Shown: positions 47,584 to 57,483, counted from the stretch's first letter. The stretch is DNA of 64,000 nt from Polyangiales bacterium (GCA_044229975.1 JBGARZ010000006.1:448001-512000), one strand, 5' to 3'. The notes: generated by a model not told the origin, from the letters alone. Program-made: numbers and translations.

Positions 47584-48519
47584 TCAGCGCTTCGCTGAGC
47601 GTGACTTCGACGAGGGGGGGCGCACCACAGCGGCGGCGGTGGCGAGCGTCGCCGCGCGGCGGATCCACCGATCGAGCGTCGCGAGGTCGGTGCAGGCGAC
47701 CACCCGCGCGCGGACCTCCTCGGAGACCGGGATGCCGCGCGCCGCGAGCACATCGAGGATCGCCGCGGCCTTTCCTTCGGCCTTTCCTTCGGCCTTTCCC
47801 TTGGCCTCGCCCTTCGATTGGGCATCGTCGAGGCTCTCCTGCCACGGAGACGGGAGCTTGATGGCGGCGAACGAGGGGTGGAGCATGAGCTTCTCCAGAC
47901 GCTTGCGAAACGCGGGGGCGAGCGCCTCCAACAGCATCGCAAGGTACCCGGCGCGGTGCTTGACGTCGAGGGCGCCGAGAGCAACCGGCAGCACCGGGAG
48001 CAGCACCCCTCCTTCGGGACTCCGTCCGTGGGAGACCGCCGCCAGGAGGGTGAGCTCAGGGTGGCTTCGTGCGACGTCGGGTTCGGTGATGGGCGGAAGC
48101 TCTTCGGGACCGAGCACGGCGGGGATGAGGCTCGGCACCCCAGGAGTGAGCTCGATCGGCTGACGCGCCCACGCGGCCACCGCATCGGTCGGGGCGATGA
48201 CGAGCAGCCACACGGGTCGGCGCGTGCGGGCCCGCAGCGCGGAGACGTACACGGGCCACGTGAAGGGCTTGTCGGCGTCTACCCCGAGCTGCACCTCCAC
48301 GACGATGGAGCCGGTGAGCGCGTTGTCTCCGTCACGGAGCTCGACCACGAGGTCGGCGCGAAACTCCACCGACACGAGCTGATCGAGCGCGGTCTCGGTG
48401 GGAGTCGCCGTCGCGAAGGTCGGCAGCGCGGCGTGCGCGGCGCGGGCGATGAGCTCAACGGCCAGGGCAGGCCGCACGCGGAACAGCTCGATGAGCGCCT
48501 GGTGGGTCGTCGACGGCAT
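47584..48519 (-). CDS. Rpn/YhgA-like PD-(D/E)xK nuclease family protein
   Basis: HQALIELFR..P, EFRADLVV, IVVEVQL, K.FTWPVY, GKAEGKAEG repeats and CTDLATLDRWIRRA tail. Confidence 0.85.
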   Translation of the reverse strand: MPSTTHQALIELFRVRPALAVELIARAAHAALPTFATATPTETALDQLVSVEFRADLVVELRDGDNALTGSIVVEVQLGVDADKPFTWPVYVSALRARTRRPVWLLVIAPTDAVAAWARQPIELTPGVPSLIPAVLGPEELPPITEPDVARSHPELTLLAAVSHGRSPEGGVLLPVLPVALGALDVKHRAGYLAMLLEALAPAFRKRLEKLMLHPSFAAIKLPSPWQESLDDAQSKGEAKGKAEGKAEGKAAAILDVLAARGIPVSEEVRARVVACTDLATLDRWIRRAATLATAAAVVRPPSSKSRSAKR

Positions 48520-48582
48520 CGCGGAGCCATCGTCGTCGCACGGGCGAACGGGCGACGGCAACTGTGGGCTCCCGAGTTCCGC

Positions 48583-50034
48583 TCACCCCCGCGTGACGGC
48601 CATCGGATACGCGCAGTACAGCGTCGAAAACGACCCCGCCGGCCTGTGATTCCCGCTCCGTCGCACCCCGCCAAACGGCAGCCGGCTCGACGCGCCCACG
48701 GTCGGCGCGTTCCAGCTCAGCGCGCCTACGTGGAGTCCGCGCGCGGCCCGCTCGAAGCGCTGCTCGCTCGCAGTCCACACGCCCGCGGTGAGCCCGTAGT
48801 CGGTGTCGTCCGCCACCGCGATGGCCTCCTCCAGATCGTCCACCACGTACACCGCCAGGTCCGGCCCGAACGCCTCTTCGCGCTGATACGCGCTGTGCTT
48901 CTCGCGCCTCGTCACCACCCGCACGCGCGGCGTCACGTAGCACCCGCGGTGCGCCCGTCCCTCCCACGTCACGCTCGCCTCGGTCGGCGCGATCACCGCC
49001 GTCGCGCCTTCCCCTTCCGCGAGCCGTTGCAGCGCCTCGAACTTCTCCACCGCCTTCGGCGACGCCAGCGGCCCGCAGAACGCCGTCGCATCCATCGGGT
49101 GCCCGATCAACAGACCCGCCGCCCGCGTCGCCACCGCGTCGATGAAGCGCTCGGAGATGGCCCGCGTGACCACCAGCCGCGACGCACACGAGCACCGCTG
49201 CCCGGTGGTGACAAACGCGCTCTGCACCACGTCCTCCACGGCCTTCTCGAAGGGCGCGTCGTCGAGCACCACGGCGGCGTTCTTCCCTCCCAGTTCGAGC
49301 GCGAGGATGCGCCCTGGCGTCGCCACGTTGGCCCGCCGCAGCTTCTCGCCCACGCCGTACGACCCGGTGAACAACACCCCGTCGACGCCCGCGTGGTTGC
49401 CCAGCGCCGCGCCCACCGAACCCTCTCCCTGCACCAGGTTGAACACCCCCGGCGGGAAGCCCACCGACTCGACGACCTTCGCGTAGACGATGGCGCAGCC
49501 CGGCGTGAGCTCGCTCGGCTTGAACACCACCGTGTTGCCCATGAGCAGCGCCGGGACGATGTGCCCGTGCGGCAGGTGCAGCGGGAAGTTGAAGGGCCCC
49601 AGCACCGCGAGCACACCGTGCGGCCGCCAGCGCCACGAGAAGCGCTCGTCGAGCGTCGTGTCGCGCACCAACGCCGCACCGTCGGCGAGGGTGATGTCCA
49701 CCTTGGCGATCATCGCCTTCACCTCGGCGCGCGCCTCGCGGAGCACCTTCCCCATCTCGCGGGTGATCGCGAGGGCGAGGGCGTTTTCATGCTGCGTGAG
49801 CGCGTCGCGGAGCTTCGTCAGCAGGGCCGCGCGGGCTTCGACACCCAGCGCGTCCCAGGCGGGTTGCGCCTCGCGGGCGGCGGCGACGGCGTCGTCGACG
49901 TGGGCGAGCGCGTAGGCCACGGGCGGCAGCGCGTCGTCGAGGTCGGCGGGCGCATGGCGGGTCAGCACACCATCGGGAGCGACCGCGGGCACCCAACGCC
50001 CACGGAGAAACGAACCGGCGTCATCGGGGATCAT
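48583..50034 (-). CDS. astD: Aldehyde dehydrogenase, succinylglutamate-semialdehyde dehydrogenase-like
   Basis: RPHGVLAVLGPFNFPLHLPHGHIVPAL, FKPSELTP, FTGS, LELGGKN, GQRCSC, EEAFGP, SGNHRP and YCAYP. No other ast genes in the window. Confidence 0.8.
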   Translation of the reverse strand: MIPDDAGSFLRGRWVPAVAPDGVLTRHAPADLDDALPPVAYALAHVDDAVAAAREAQPAWDALGVEARAALLTKLRDALTQHENALALAITREMGKVLREARAEVKAMIAKVDITLADGAALVRDTTLDERFSWRWRPHGVLAVLGPFNFPLHLPHGHIVPALLMGNTVVFKPSELTPGCAIVYAKVVESVGFPPGVFNLVQGEGSVGAALGNHAGVDGVLFTGSYGVGEKLRRANVATPGRILALELGGKNAAVVLDDAPFEKAVEDVVQSAFVTTGQRCSCASRLVVTRAISERFIDAVATRAAGLLIGHPMDATAFCGPLASPKAVEKFEALQRLAEGEGATAVIAPTEASVTWEGRAHRGCYVTPRVRVVTRREKHSAYQREEAFGPDLAVYVVDDLEEAIAVADDTDYGLTAGVWTASEQRFERAARGLHVGALSWNAPTVGASSRLPFGGVRRSGNHRPAGSFSTLYCAYPMAVTRG

Positions 50035-50058
50035 CGCCGCGAGGATGCCACCGATCCG

Positions 50059-51663
50059 CTACACCCGGCTCGCCCCGCGCAGCCACGGCAGCGCCTTCAC
50101 CGGCTCCGCCGCGATGGCGCTCAACACACCACCCACGAAGGCGCCCATCACGCCGACGGAGGCCATGTCGCTGCCCGACAGGAAGAGGTCGCGCACGGGC
50201 GTTCGCGGGCGGAGGTACTGGTTGCGGTAGCGCTCAGGCGTCGGCTCGATGCCGTAGATCGCACCGGCCGGCGCGCGGGTGAAGTGCTCCGTCGAGATCG
50301 GCGTCGACAGCTCCGCGAAGGCCAGCATCGGCGCCAGCGCGGGCATGTGCTCAAGAAACTGCTTCCGAATGCGCTCGGTGAGGCTCTCCTTCAGCGCGTC
50401 GTAGTCCTCGCCGCGGCGCTTCCATCGCTTGTCGGCCCACTCGCGGAAGAACTCATACGGGACGAAGGTCACCACCTCACCCGTGTGCAGCTCGTCGGGT
50501 CCGGGGTCGTGCTGCGGGTCCTTCAGCGACGGAAACGATGTGTACAGACACGGCGCCCGCGCGCTCGGATCGGCCACGTCCCACTCGGGCTTCTCCGTCG
50601 ACCACGTCTCGTAGAACCACTTGTTGGCCGCGGTCGCGCCCGCCTTCCGGATGTCGCCCTTGAAGCCGAGGTACAGGCACACATGACACGGCGACGGCTT
50701 GAGCGACGCGATGGACCTCGCCCACGGCTTCTCCCGCTCGGCCAACGGCAGCAGCTTCGTCACCGTCGTCAAAGCACCCGCCGCGCTGATGACACGCCGC
50801 GCGCGAATCACCTCGCCGTCCTTCAAGCGCACCCCGACCGCGCGGTTGTCTTCAATCAAGATCTCTTCCACCGACGCGTTGATGCGCGTGAACCCGCCGC
50901 CCTCGGCGACCGTCGCGAGCAGCCCCTCGGCGATGCTGGCTGATCCGCCCTTCGGATAGAACCCGCCGTGCAGGAAGTGCCTCGCCACCAGCGCATGGAT
51001 GGCGAACGAGCTCCGGTCGGGAGTCACCCCGTAGTAGCCCCACTGCGCCGTCAACACGCTCTTGAGCTTCTCGTCGCGGGTGATGCCGTCGAGCACGTCG
51101 CGGGTGCGGGTGAGCAGGAGCTTCGTGGCGTCGGGCGCGATGACCCCATCGGTGACGCCCGACCACGACGGCGGCATCAGCCGAGAGAGGTAGTAGCGGC
51201 GCATGCCCGAGGAGACCTCGCGCGCCGTTTGGAGGTAGCGCGCGATGGCGTCGGCCTCCTTCGGAAACGCCTCGACCAGGTTGGCCTCGAACTGCTGCTT
51301 GCTGTCCGGGAAGTCGATGCGCAGGTCGGGGAAATAGAACTCGTCGTACACGCCGCCCAGCGACGTCCATTCGAGGCGGTTGCGGGTGAGGGCGCGCAGC
51401 ACGCGGCCGATGACCGAGCGCGAGTCCACCTCACCGACGGCGTGCACGCCGACGTCCCAGCTCCAGCGCTTGCGCTTGAAGGTGTGCGTGAACCCGCCCG
51501 GAACGTAGTGCTGTTCGAGCACCAGCACGCGGCGTCCGAGGCGCGAGAGCATCGCGGCGGTGGTCATGCCGCCCATGCCCGACCCGATGACCACTGCGTC
51601 CCACGGGCCGGGCGGAGACTTGGTGTCGTAGTGGCGTTGGCGGGACGGGCGGGCAGTGCTCAT
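50059..51663 (-). CDS. Phytoene desaturase/retinol saturase family FAD oxidoreductase
   Basis: VIGSGMGG, LEQHYVPGGFTHTF, WDVGVH, YPKGGS, STP, GAIYG and LFLSGSD...GVMGA. Confidence 0.9.
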   Translation of the reverse strand: MSTARPSRQRHYDTKSPPGPWDAVVIGSGMGGMTTAAMLSRLGRRVLVLEQHYVPGGFTHTFKRKRWSWDVGVHAVGEVDSRSVIGRVLRALTRNRLEWTSLGGVYDEFYFPDLRIDFPDSKQQFEANLVEAFPKEADAIARYLQTAREVSSGMRRYYLSRLMPPSWSGVTDGVIAPDATKLLLTRTRDVLDGITRDEKLKSVLTAQWGYYGVTPDRSSFAIHALVARHFLHGGFYPKGGSASIAEGLLATVAEGGGFTRINASVEEILIEDNRAVGVRLKDGEVIRARRVISAAGALTTVTKLLPLAEREKPWARSIASLKPSPCHVCLYLGFKGDIRKAGATAANKWFYETWSTEKPEWDVADPSARAPCLYTSFPSLKDPQHDPGPDELHTGEVVTFVPYEFFREWADKRWKRRGEDYDALKESLTERIRKQFLEHMPALAPMLAFAELSTPISTEHFTRAPAGAIYGIEPTPERYRNQYLRPRTPVRDLFLSGSDMASVGVMGAFVGGVLSAIAAEPVKALPWLRGASRV

Positions 51664-51701
51664 GGGGCGCGCAATGTATCAAAACCCGTCGCGCCGAAGG
51701 T

Positions 51702-52466
51702 TCACCCGTCCAGCGAGACCAGCGCCGCCGCCACGTCGCTCTTCCACGCCGCCGGATCGATGCCCGGCGGGCACAACGGCACCACCCCGAAGCCACCGGG
51801 CCGCGTGAGTCGCTGGTCGTAGCGCGCGCCGGGGCAGTGCTTTCGTAGCGTGGTCAGCACGGTCGTGAAGTTGGCCATGCTCGACGGCGCCAGGGACGCG
51901 CCGAGGAAGGCGTAGTTCATCGAGCGCTCGTAGATCGCGAGCACGGTGCCCACCGAGCGCTCTCGCACGTACACGAAGGACTCCCGCAGCTCGGTGGTCT
52001 TCGTCGTCGTCACGGTCTTCGTCGTCCGCATCGAAAGCCCACCGGTGAGCAGCGCCCGCCCCGCGCTGAACGACTTCACCGTCGACTCCTCCGTGCTCGT
52101 CGTCACGCCCGTGCGAACCCCATGGATCAACAGCTCCACCGCCTCGTAGGGCACCTCGCGCGTGCGCCCGTCGCGCATCGTCGCCACCACCGCGCCCGGC
52201 CCGAAGGCCAGCGACGCGGCCATGTCCCGCCGTCGATCGTTGGCCACGTCATCACCGTCGAGCACGGCCGCAGCGAGCCCATCGGCCCGCAGCCCCTTCG
52301 CCTGCTCGTCGGCCAGCGATCGGTCGGCGAGCACCGCGACGATCCTGGGATAGTCCCCCGCGAGCCGGGTGCGCGCCTCGTAGGCCGAGATGCCTTGCCG
52401 CGCGCCCAACGCCACAGCAGCGCGGTCGAGGGCAGCGGGCGCGCGGAGCAGCGTCACCATGTGCAT
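51702..52466 (-). CDS. Hypothetical protein
   Basis: GC3-biased ORF with natural composition (SAGRALLTGGL motif). Function not recognised. Confidence 0.72.
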   Translation of the reverse strand: MHMVTLLRAPAALDRAAVALGARQGISAYEARTRLAGDYPRIVAVLADRSLADEQAKGLRADGLAAAVLDGDDVANDRRRDMAASLAFGPGAVVATMRDGRTREVPYEAVELLIHGVRTGVTTSTEESTVKSFSAGRALLTGGLSMRTTKTVTTTKTTELRESFVYVRERSVGTVLAIYERSMNYAFLGASLAPSSMANFTTVLTTLRKHCPGARYDQRLTRPGGFGVVPLCPPGIDPAAWKSDVAAALVSLDG

Positions 52467-52601
52467 CGCGCCAGTGTAGTCGCGCGACGACCTGACACGC
52501 GCGGCCGTTGCATCGTTGACGAAATGTCCCGATCGACGATCGTCAACGCACGAATTCCCGAGAGATTCACGCGGCACGACGGCTGCTGTCGCCTCTCTGC
52601 C

Positions 52602-53258
52602 ATGAGCGCATCAACCCCCGACGACGTGTCTCCGACGACCCCCTATCGCACCGCGCAGTACGTCTGCCCGGTGGCTCCAACGGCGCCCTGGCGCGTGCTC
52701 TCGCTCGTGAGCTTCGGGCTCTCCGCGTTGGCGGTGCTGGTGACGCTGACGTCGTTCCAGCTCACCAGCTCGCTGGTGGGGATGGTGCGTATGCAGTCGG
52801 TGCAGCGGTCGGTGGTGGACCTTCGACGGCGCGCTCCTCCGCCGCCTGCTCTGGTGCAGGGTGTTCCGCCGTTGCCGCTGCCGGTGGAGGTCGCGCGGCC
52901 CTTGATGGACGGGATACGCCCCGTCGGGCGCGACGTGTACGTCGTCTCGCGCGGCGCCATCGAGGCGGCCATCAACAGCCCCGCGGCGCTGATGCGGCGC
53001 ACGACGATCTCCCCCGAGACACGCGACGGGCGCGTGGTCGGCGTGCGGGTGTTCGGCATCCAACCGGGCGACATGCTCGACAGCCTGGGCTTCGAGAACG
53101 GCGACGTGCTGCGCGCGGTCAACGGCTTCGACGTCGCGTCGCCCGACCGCTGCCTCGAAGCGTACACGCGGCTCCGATCCACCGACCGCATCGAGCTGAG
53201 CTTCGAGCGGCGCGGGCGCCTGCGTTCGCACATCTACGCCATCGTCTCCGGGGTGTGA
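52602..53258 (+). CDS. Single-TM protein with GspC-like PDZ domain
   Basis: TM helix, Pro-rich linker, then GVRVFGIQPG..LDSLGFENGDVLRAVNG...SP...LEAY..L...ERRG. Confidence 0.82.
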   Translation: MSASTPDDVSPTTPYRTAQYVCPVAPTAPWRVLSLVSFGLSALAVLVTLTSFQLTSSLVGMVRMQSVQRSVVDLRRRAPPPPALVQGVPPLPLPVEVARPLMDGIRPVGRDVYVVSRGAIEAAINSPAALMRRTTISPETRDGRVVGVRVFGIQPGDMLDSLGFENGDVLRAVNGFDVASPDRCLEAYTRLRSTDRIELSFERRGRLRSHIYAIVSGV

Positions 53259-53269
53259 GCCGGGCGGTT

Positions 53270-53376
53270 GTACGAGCCCACCGTGCGCCGGAGTTCGCGT
53301 GACCCCATCGCGAGTGCGTGCAGTCGCTCACTCCGGGCTATTTCAGGTGGTCACCTCGCTGGGCGAGGTTGCAGCA
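53270..53376. repeat. Left arm of a 107-bp inverted repeat (REPIN-like)
   Basis: Reverse complement of 54987-55093 with 6 mismatches. Internal hairpins ACCTCGC-TGG-GCGAGGT and CCGGAGT...ACTCCGG. Confidence 0.9.
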
Positions 53377-53407
53377 AATCTCGGCTGACGATGAGCGAGT
53401 CGATGGC

Positions 53408-54961
53408 GTAAGCGTTCAGGCCCCAACTCCATTGGACAAGAGTTCGGGCGGGATGAGCGACGGCGCCACCACGCCGCGCAGCTTCGCGGAGATGGCGTCG
53501 CACAGGAAGGCGAAGACGCTCCGGGCATGCTGACGGCAGGTCGCCACGACGGTGAGGATGCGACCCGCGAAGACGCGCCCGGCCTCGCTGTCGCTCCCGT
53601 AGCTCGTCTTGCGCCAGATCACGCCGTGACGGATCTGCTGCTCGGCGAAGTTGTTGGTCGGCGGCACGCCCTCGTGATCGACGAAGGTCCACATCCGCTC
53701 GAACGTCTCCAGCAACTCGCCGCACGTCCCGCGGGTCTTGGGCGACGCGGTCTCGGCGCCCTCTTCGAGCAGGCGACGGAACGTTCGCTTCAGCCGCTCC
53801 ACCGAGCGCCTCAGCCAGTCCCGATCGCGGCGGCCCTGTTTCACCCAATGCCACCACGTGAAGAGCCGGTCGGTCTCTTTCGCCAGGCGCTCCCCCAGCG
53901 CCGCGTCCACGCCCCCGCGCAGGATGAACTTGGCCCAGTCGCGATCCAGGTGCGCCCAGCAGTACTGGATCCACTTCACCCCCAGCACGTCGTACGCGCT
54001 CCAGCGGTCCACCACCAGGACGCCCCGGAAGTCGATCAGCAGCTTCTTGGCCGACTCGCCCCCGCGGTCGGGGTGCACCTCGAAGAAGGTCCCCACCACC
54101 GTCGCCATCACCCACAACCAGCTCTTGCGGCGACCCCGCCACCAGCTCGTCTCGTCGGCGTGGGCCACCGGTTGCTGTCGCGCCGCCGTCTTGGCCGCCT
54201 CGACCGGCGCCTCCACGGCCTCGGAGACCCGCCGCAGCATCCGCACGATGGTGCCGACCGACATCGTGATGCCCAGCACGGTCAGGAAGAACGTCACGAC
54301 GTCGCGGTGGCTCTGCTTGAACTGCCCCACCAACGCGCCCATCAGCGCTTGCGCCCGCGGGCCCAGCATGGTCGTCGGGACGCCCGCCGGCAGGGCACCC
54401 CGGGTGCGCGCCGCGCAGCACGGGCAGGTCAGCTCGTGCATCTGGTACTCGGTGACGTGGGTGAGCTTCTGGGGGAGCTCGATCACCTGATGGCGCGTCG
54501 GCGTCGGATCCTCCCCCCGCAGGCGCTCGCCGCACGCGGCGCACGCTTCGGGCTTGCACGCCACAACGTCGTCGACCTGCTCGATCGGCAGCATCTCGCG
54601 CCGGTGCCCCTTGTGTCCGCGTTGCCCGCCCTTGGGGCGCCCGCCGCTGGGCGGCCGGGCGGGAGGGCCGTCGCCGGGGCCGTCGCTGCTGGGCGGTTTG
54701 GACGAGTTGCGCGAGGTGGTGCCCAGCCGCTCTTCGAGTTGCGCCACGCGCGCTTCGAGCAACTGCCGGTGCTCGTTGAGGTCGGCGACGTGCGCGAGCG
54801 CGATGTCCAGCAGCGACTCCAATGCGGTGTAGCGGGCGTGAACCGACGGCGGCGTGACCGCCAGATCGGCCTCGCTCACCGGCGGCAGTCGGTCGCGCCA
54901 CGACGTCACACGGCGATCGCTAGACGAACCCGGAGCTCCCCGCAACCCCCTGAACGGTTAC
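53408..54961 (-). mobile_element. IS66 family insertion sequence, single-ORF (ISBst12-like organisation), 1554 bp
   Basis: Terminal inverted repeats GTAAGCGTTCAGG and CCTGAACGGTTAC. Perfect 8-bp target duplication TCGATGGC at 53400-53407 and 54962-54969. Confidence 0.95.
53416..54909 (-). CDS. tnpC: IS66 DDE transposase
   Basis: SRNSSKPPSSD, GGQRGHKG, CxxC zinc-finger pairs, HADET, VVDRWSAY, QYCWAHL and PTNNFAEQQIR. The stop lies inside the terminal repeat and the start is uncertain. Confidence 0.95.
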   Translation of the reverse strand: MTSWRDRLPPVSEADLAVTPPSVHARYTALESLLDIALAHVADLNEHRQLLEARVAQLEERLGTTSRNSSKPPSSDGPGDGPPARPPSGGRPKGGQRGHKGHRREMLPIEQVDDVVACKPEACAACGERLRGEDPTPTRHQVIELPQKLTHVTEYQMHELTCPCCAARTRGALPAGVPTTMLGPRAQALMGALVGQFKQSHRDVVTFFLTVLGITMSVGTIVRMLRRVSEAVEAPVEAAKTAARQQPVAHADETSWWRGRRKSWLWVMATVVGTFFEVHPDRGGESAKKLLIDFRGVLVVDRWSAYDVLGVKWIQYCWAHLDRDWAKFILRGGVDAALGERLAKETDRLFTWWHWVKQGRRDRDWLRRSVERLKRTFRRLLEEGAETASPKTRGTCGELLETFERMWTFVDHEGVPPTNNFAEQQIRHGVIWRKTSYGSDSEAGRVFAGRILTVVATCRQHARSVFAFLCDAISAKLRGVVAPSLIPPELLSNGVGA

Positions 54962-54986
54962 TCGATGGCTTGTTCGTTGAAACCAG

Positions 54987-55093
54987 TGTTGCAACCTCGC
55001 GCAGCGAGGTGACTACCTGAAATAGCCCGGAGTGAGCGACTGCACGCACTCGCGATGGGGTCACGCGAACTCCGGCACACGGCGGGCTCATAC
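54987..55093. repeat. Right arm of the 107-bp inverted repeat (REPIN-like)
   Basis: Reverse complement of 53270-53376. Confidence 0.9.
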
Positions 55094-55104
55094 GAGCCCC
55101 GCAG

Positions 55105-55635
55105 TCAGAAGTTCACGCCCGCGCCGAACATCACGTTGAAGAAGCCCGGCACCGCTCCCCCGAGACCCACCGGGTAGAACTCGACGTTCACCGGGTCGAA
55201 GGAGAGGTGGAAGTGGTTCTGGAAGACGTACCGGACGCCGACGCCGACGCGGACGCCGAGGGCGGGTGACGCGCTGTTGCCGACGCTGGTCGCGAGGCCC
55301 ATGCCGACGCCCGCCGAGGGTGTGATGTACAGCGGGATGTTGGCGCTCACCGGGATCTCGACGCGCACGCCCGGCAGCAGCGAGAAGAGCGTGTAGCCCG
55401 CGCCAAAGCCGATATCGAGCGGAGCTTCCAGCATGATGCGCGTGGTGGAGTTGCGGGCGACGTTGTAGGCGACGCGGGCGCTCACGCGGGTCTGGGTTCC
55501 GATGGCGTCGACGATGCCGATGGACGGGCCGATGCGGAGGTCGAGGCTGGTGTCACCGAGCGTCTGCGCGGAGGCCGAGGACGAGGCGACGAGGGGGAGG
55601 GCGAGAGCGAGGACGGCGGCGGCGAGGTGCTTCAT
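55105..55635 (-). CDS. Small outer-membrane beta-barrel protein
   Basis: Sec signal MKHLAAAVLALALPLVASSSASA, about eight amphipathic strands, C-terminal beta-signal FGAGVNF. Confidence 0.85.
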   Translation of the reverse strand: MKHLAAAVLALALPLVASSSASAQTLGDTSLDLRIGPSIGIVDAIGTQTRVSARVAYNVARNSTTRIMLEAPLDIGFGAGYTLFSLLPGVRVEIPVSANIPLYITPSAGVGMGLATSVGNSASPALGVRVGVGVRYVFQNHFHLSFDPVNVEFYPVGLGGAVPGFFNVMFGAGVNF

Positions 55636-55801
55636 GGCGATGGACTCCGACTGGTGTTGAGCGCTCCCGTCAGCGGGGCGCGCAGACACCCATCGCAACC
55701 GATGTGCCGCGCGGATTGACCGGGAATTCAGCCGCGAGCGCGAGGTGGTCGCGCCGACGTCGCGCGGGTTGAGCAACGACGGCTCGATCTGTCGCGCCCG
55801 C

Positions 55802-57481
55802 TCACCGCCGTCGCCAGACGTGCACCGGGCCGAACGCCTCGGCCTCGACGTAGCCCGACGTCACCACCGCCGCGAGCTCCGGCGCGTGCCGTTGCAGGTC
55901 CGCCAGCGCCGTGGCCTCGGTCATCCACGGCGAGCGGTCGATGAGCACGCACGCCGCCGGGGGATCGCGCCGCAGCCGCGCGAGCGCGTCGCCGATGTTG
56001 CGCCGCTGCATCGCCTCCAGGCCCCGCACCCGCGCGGGCTCCAGCGTGTTGCGACCCGGCGGCAGCAACAACCCCGCGAGGTCGATGCTCACGCTGCTGA
56101 TGAGCGCCGTCGCCGGTCGCCTCCGCGCGTAGAGCAGCACCGGGACGTCGTGCCCGTACACGAACACCCGCGCGTCGTTGGGGGTGTTGGCCCGCAGCCA
56201 CGCGGCCCCGCGGCGCAGCTCCAGCGGGAAGTAGTCCGGGATGCCCAACGCCGGACCAGGCGGCTGCGTGTTGATCTCGCCGTCGGCCATGCGCTCGTAC
56301 GCGAGGCACGCCGGCCACAGCAGCGCGCTCGTCGGCTGCAAGCTCACCGACCACGCCGCCAGACCCGCGCCCACCAGGCCCACCGAGAGCGCGGGCAGCA
56401 CCTTGCGCGGCGCTCGCTCGACCGCGGTGATCAACACCTGCACCCAGAGCAGCAGCGTGGCCGCGACGGTGACGTGCATGTGGTAGCCGAAGCCCTTGTG
56501 CTGGATCAGCACGATGCACGCCGCCGCCGCGGGCGAGAGGATCACCGGGAGGTTGCTCGCGCGCAGGAAGCGCAACCCGACGAGGGCGAGGCCCACCACC
56601 GTCGACGCCGCCGCGCCGCGCATCCAGGGGAAGGGCTCGGTCGAGTCGTGGAAGATGTCGCGCAGCGGCCGGTCGTAGAGCCCTTTGTAGAAGAGCGGCC
56701 CGTGCACGAAGCCCTCGCGGAGGTAGTCCGAGACGCTGCCGAAGACGAGCATGAACAGCAGCGCCGGGAGCGTCCCGAGCACACCGCCCACCACGAGATG
56801 CAGCGCGCCCTTCAGGCGATGACCGCGCGGCAGACACGCGAGCGCACCCACCATCAACGGAACGCCCATCAGCCCGAAGTACGGCTTGAGCGTGGTGGCG
56901 AGGCCGACGAGCGCGCCCGCCCCGAGGAGGGCGTTGCGGCGCCACCGATCGGACACGCCGAGGCCGATCGCGCGGGCGCTGAGGGCGGCGGCGGGCAGGA
57001 CGAACCACACGGCGAAGGCGTCGCGCTGCGAGAGGTGCCAGGGGAAGGTGCGGAGGTACTCGGCGACCACCGCGGCGCCGACGCACAGCGCAGCGACGAG
57101 GCGCGTGGAGAGAGCAGGAGCGCGGCGCGGGAGGAGGTACCCGGCGGCGCCGACAGAGGCGAGGATGGTGAAGAGTTCGAGGCGGCGGAAGCGCCCTTCG
57201 TCGAGCCCGCCGAGGTGCATGAAGAGCCAGTGCACGGCGTGCGAAAGCGGGGCGTTCATGTCGTGGAGGTCGCGGTAGTCGACGGACCCGCGCGAGATGG
57301 CCCACGCCACGAACTGAAACTGCGCCGGGTCGCGGGCGAGGGGCGAGCGGAGGAAGTGCGATCCGAGCGCGCGGAGCGTCGACACGAGCAGCGCGAGCGC
57401 CGAGAGGCCCACCACGGCGAGCGCGAGACGCGCGGTGATGGCGTCGAGGAGCGAGCGCAGTCGTGGCGGGAGCGGCGGCAC
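55802..57481 (-). CDS. ArnT/PMT-like GT-C membrane glycosyltransferase
   Basis: RDPAQF...G..DYRD..DMNAP first loop, TLKPY, QHKGFGYH, multiple TM helices, and a C-terminal T.ND..VFVYG soluble domain. GTG start next to the upstream stop. Confidence 0.78.
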   Translation of the reverse strand: MPPLPPRLRSLLDAITARLALAVVGLSALALLVSTLRALGSHFLRSPLARDPAQFQFVAWAISRGSVDYRDLHDMNAPLSHAVHWLFMHLGGLDEGRFRRLELFTILASVGAAGYLLPRRAPALSTRLVAALCVGAAVVAEYLRTFPWHLSQRDAFAVWFVLPAAALSARAIGLGVSDRWRRNALLGAGALVGLATTLKPYFGLMGVPLMVGALACLPRGHRLKGALHLVVGGVLGTLPALLFMLVFGSVSDYLREGFVHGPLFYKGLYDRPLRDIFHDSTEPFPWMRGAAASTVVGLALVGLRFLRASNLPVILSPAAAACIVLIQHKGFGYHMHVTVAATLLLWVQVLITAVERAPRKVLPALSVGLVGAGLAAWSVSLQPTSALLWPACLAYERMADGEINTQPPGPALGIPDYFPLELRRGAAWLRANTPNDARVFVYGHDVPVLLYARRRPATALISSVSIDLAGLLLPPGRNTLEPARVRGLEAMQRRNIGDALARLRRDPPAACVLIDRSPWMTEATALADLQRHAPELAAVVTSGYVEAEAFGPVHVWRRR

Positions 57482-57483
57482 CG

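Noticed and set aside
47818..50943. 1041-aa plus-strand ORF
   Set aside because: Antisense shadow of the Rpn-like, astD-like and oxidoreductase genes, with no recognisable motifs.
52602..53258. Type II secretion system locus
   Set aside because: Only an isolated GspC-like PDZ protein is present, with no other gsp genes in the window.
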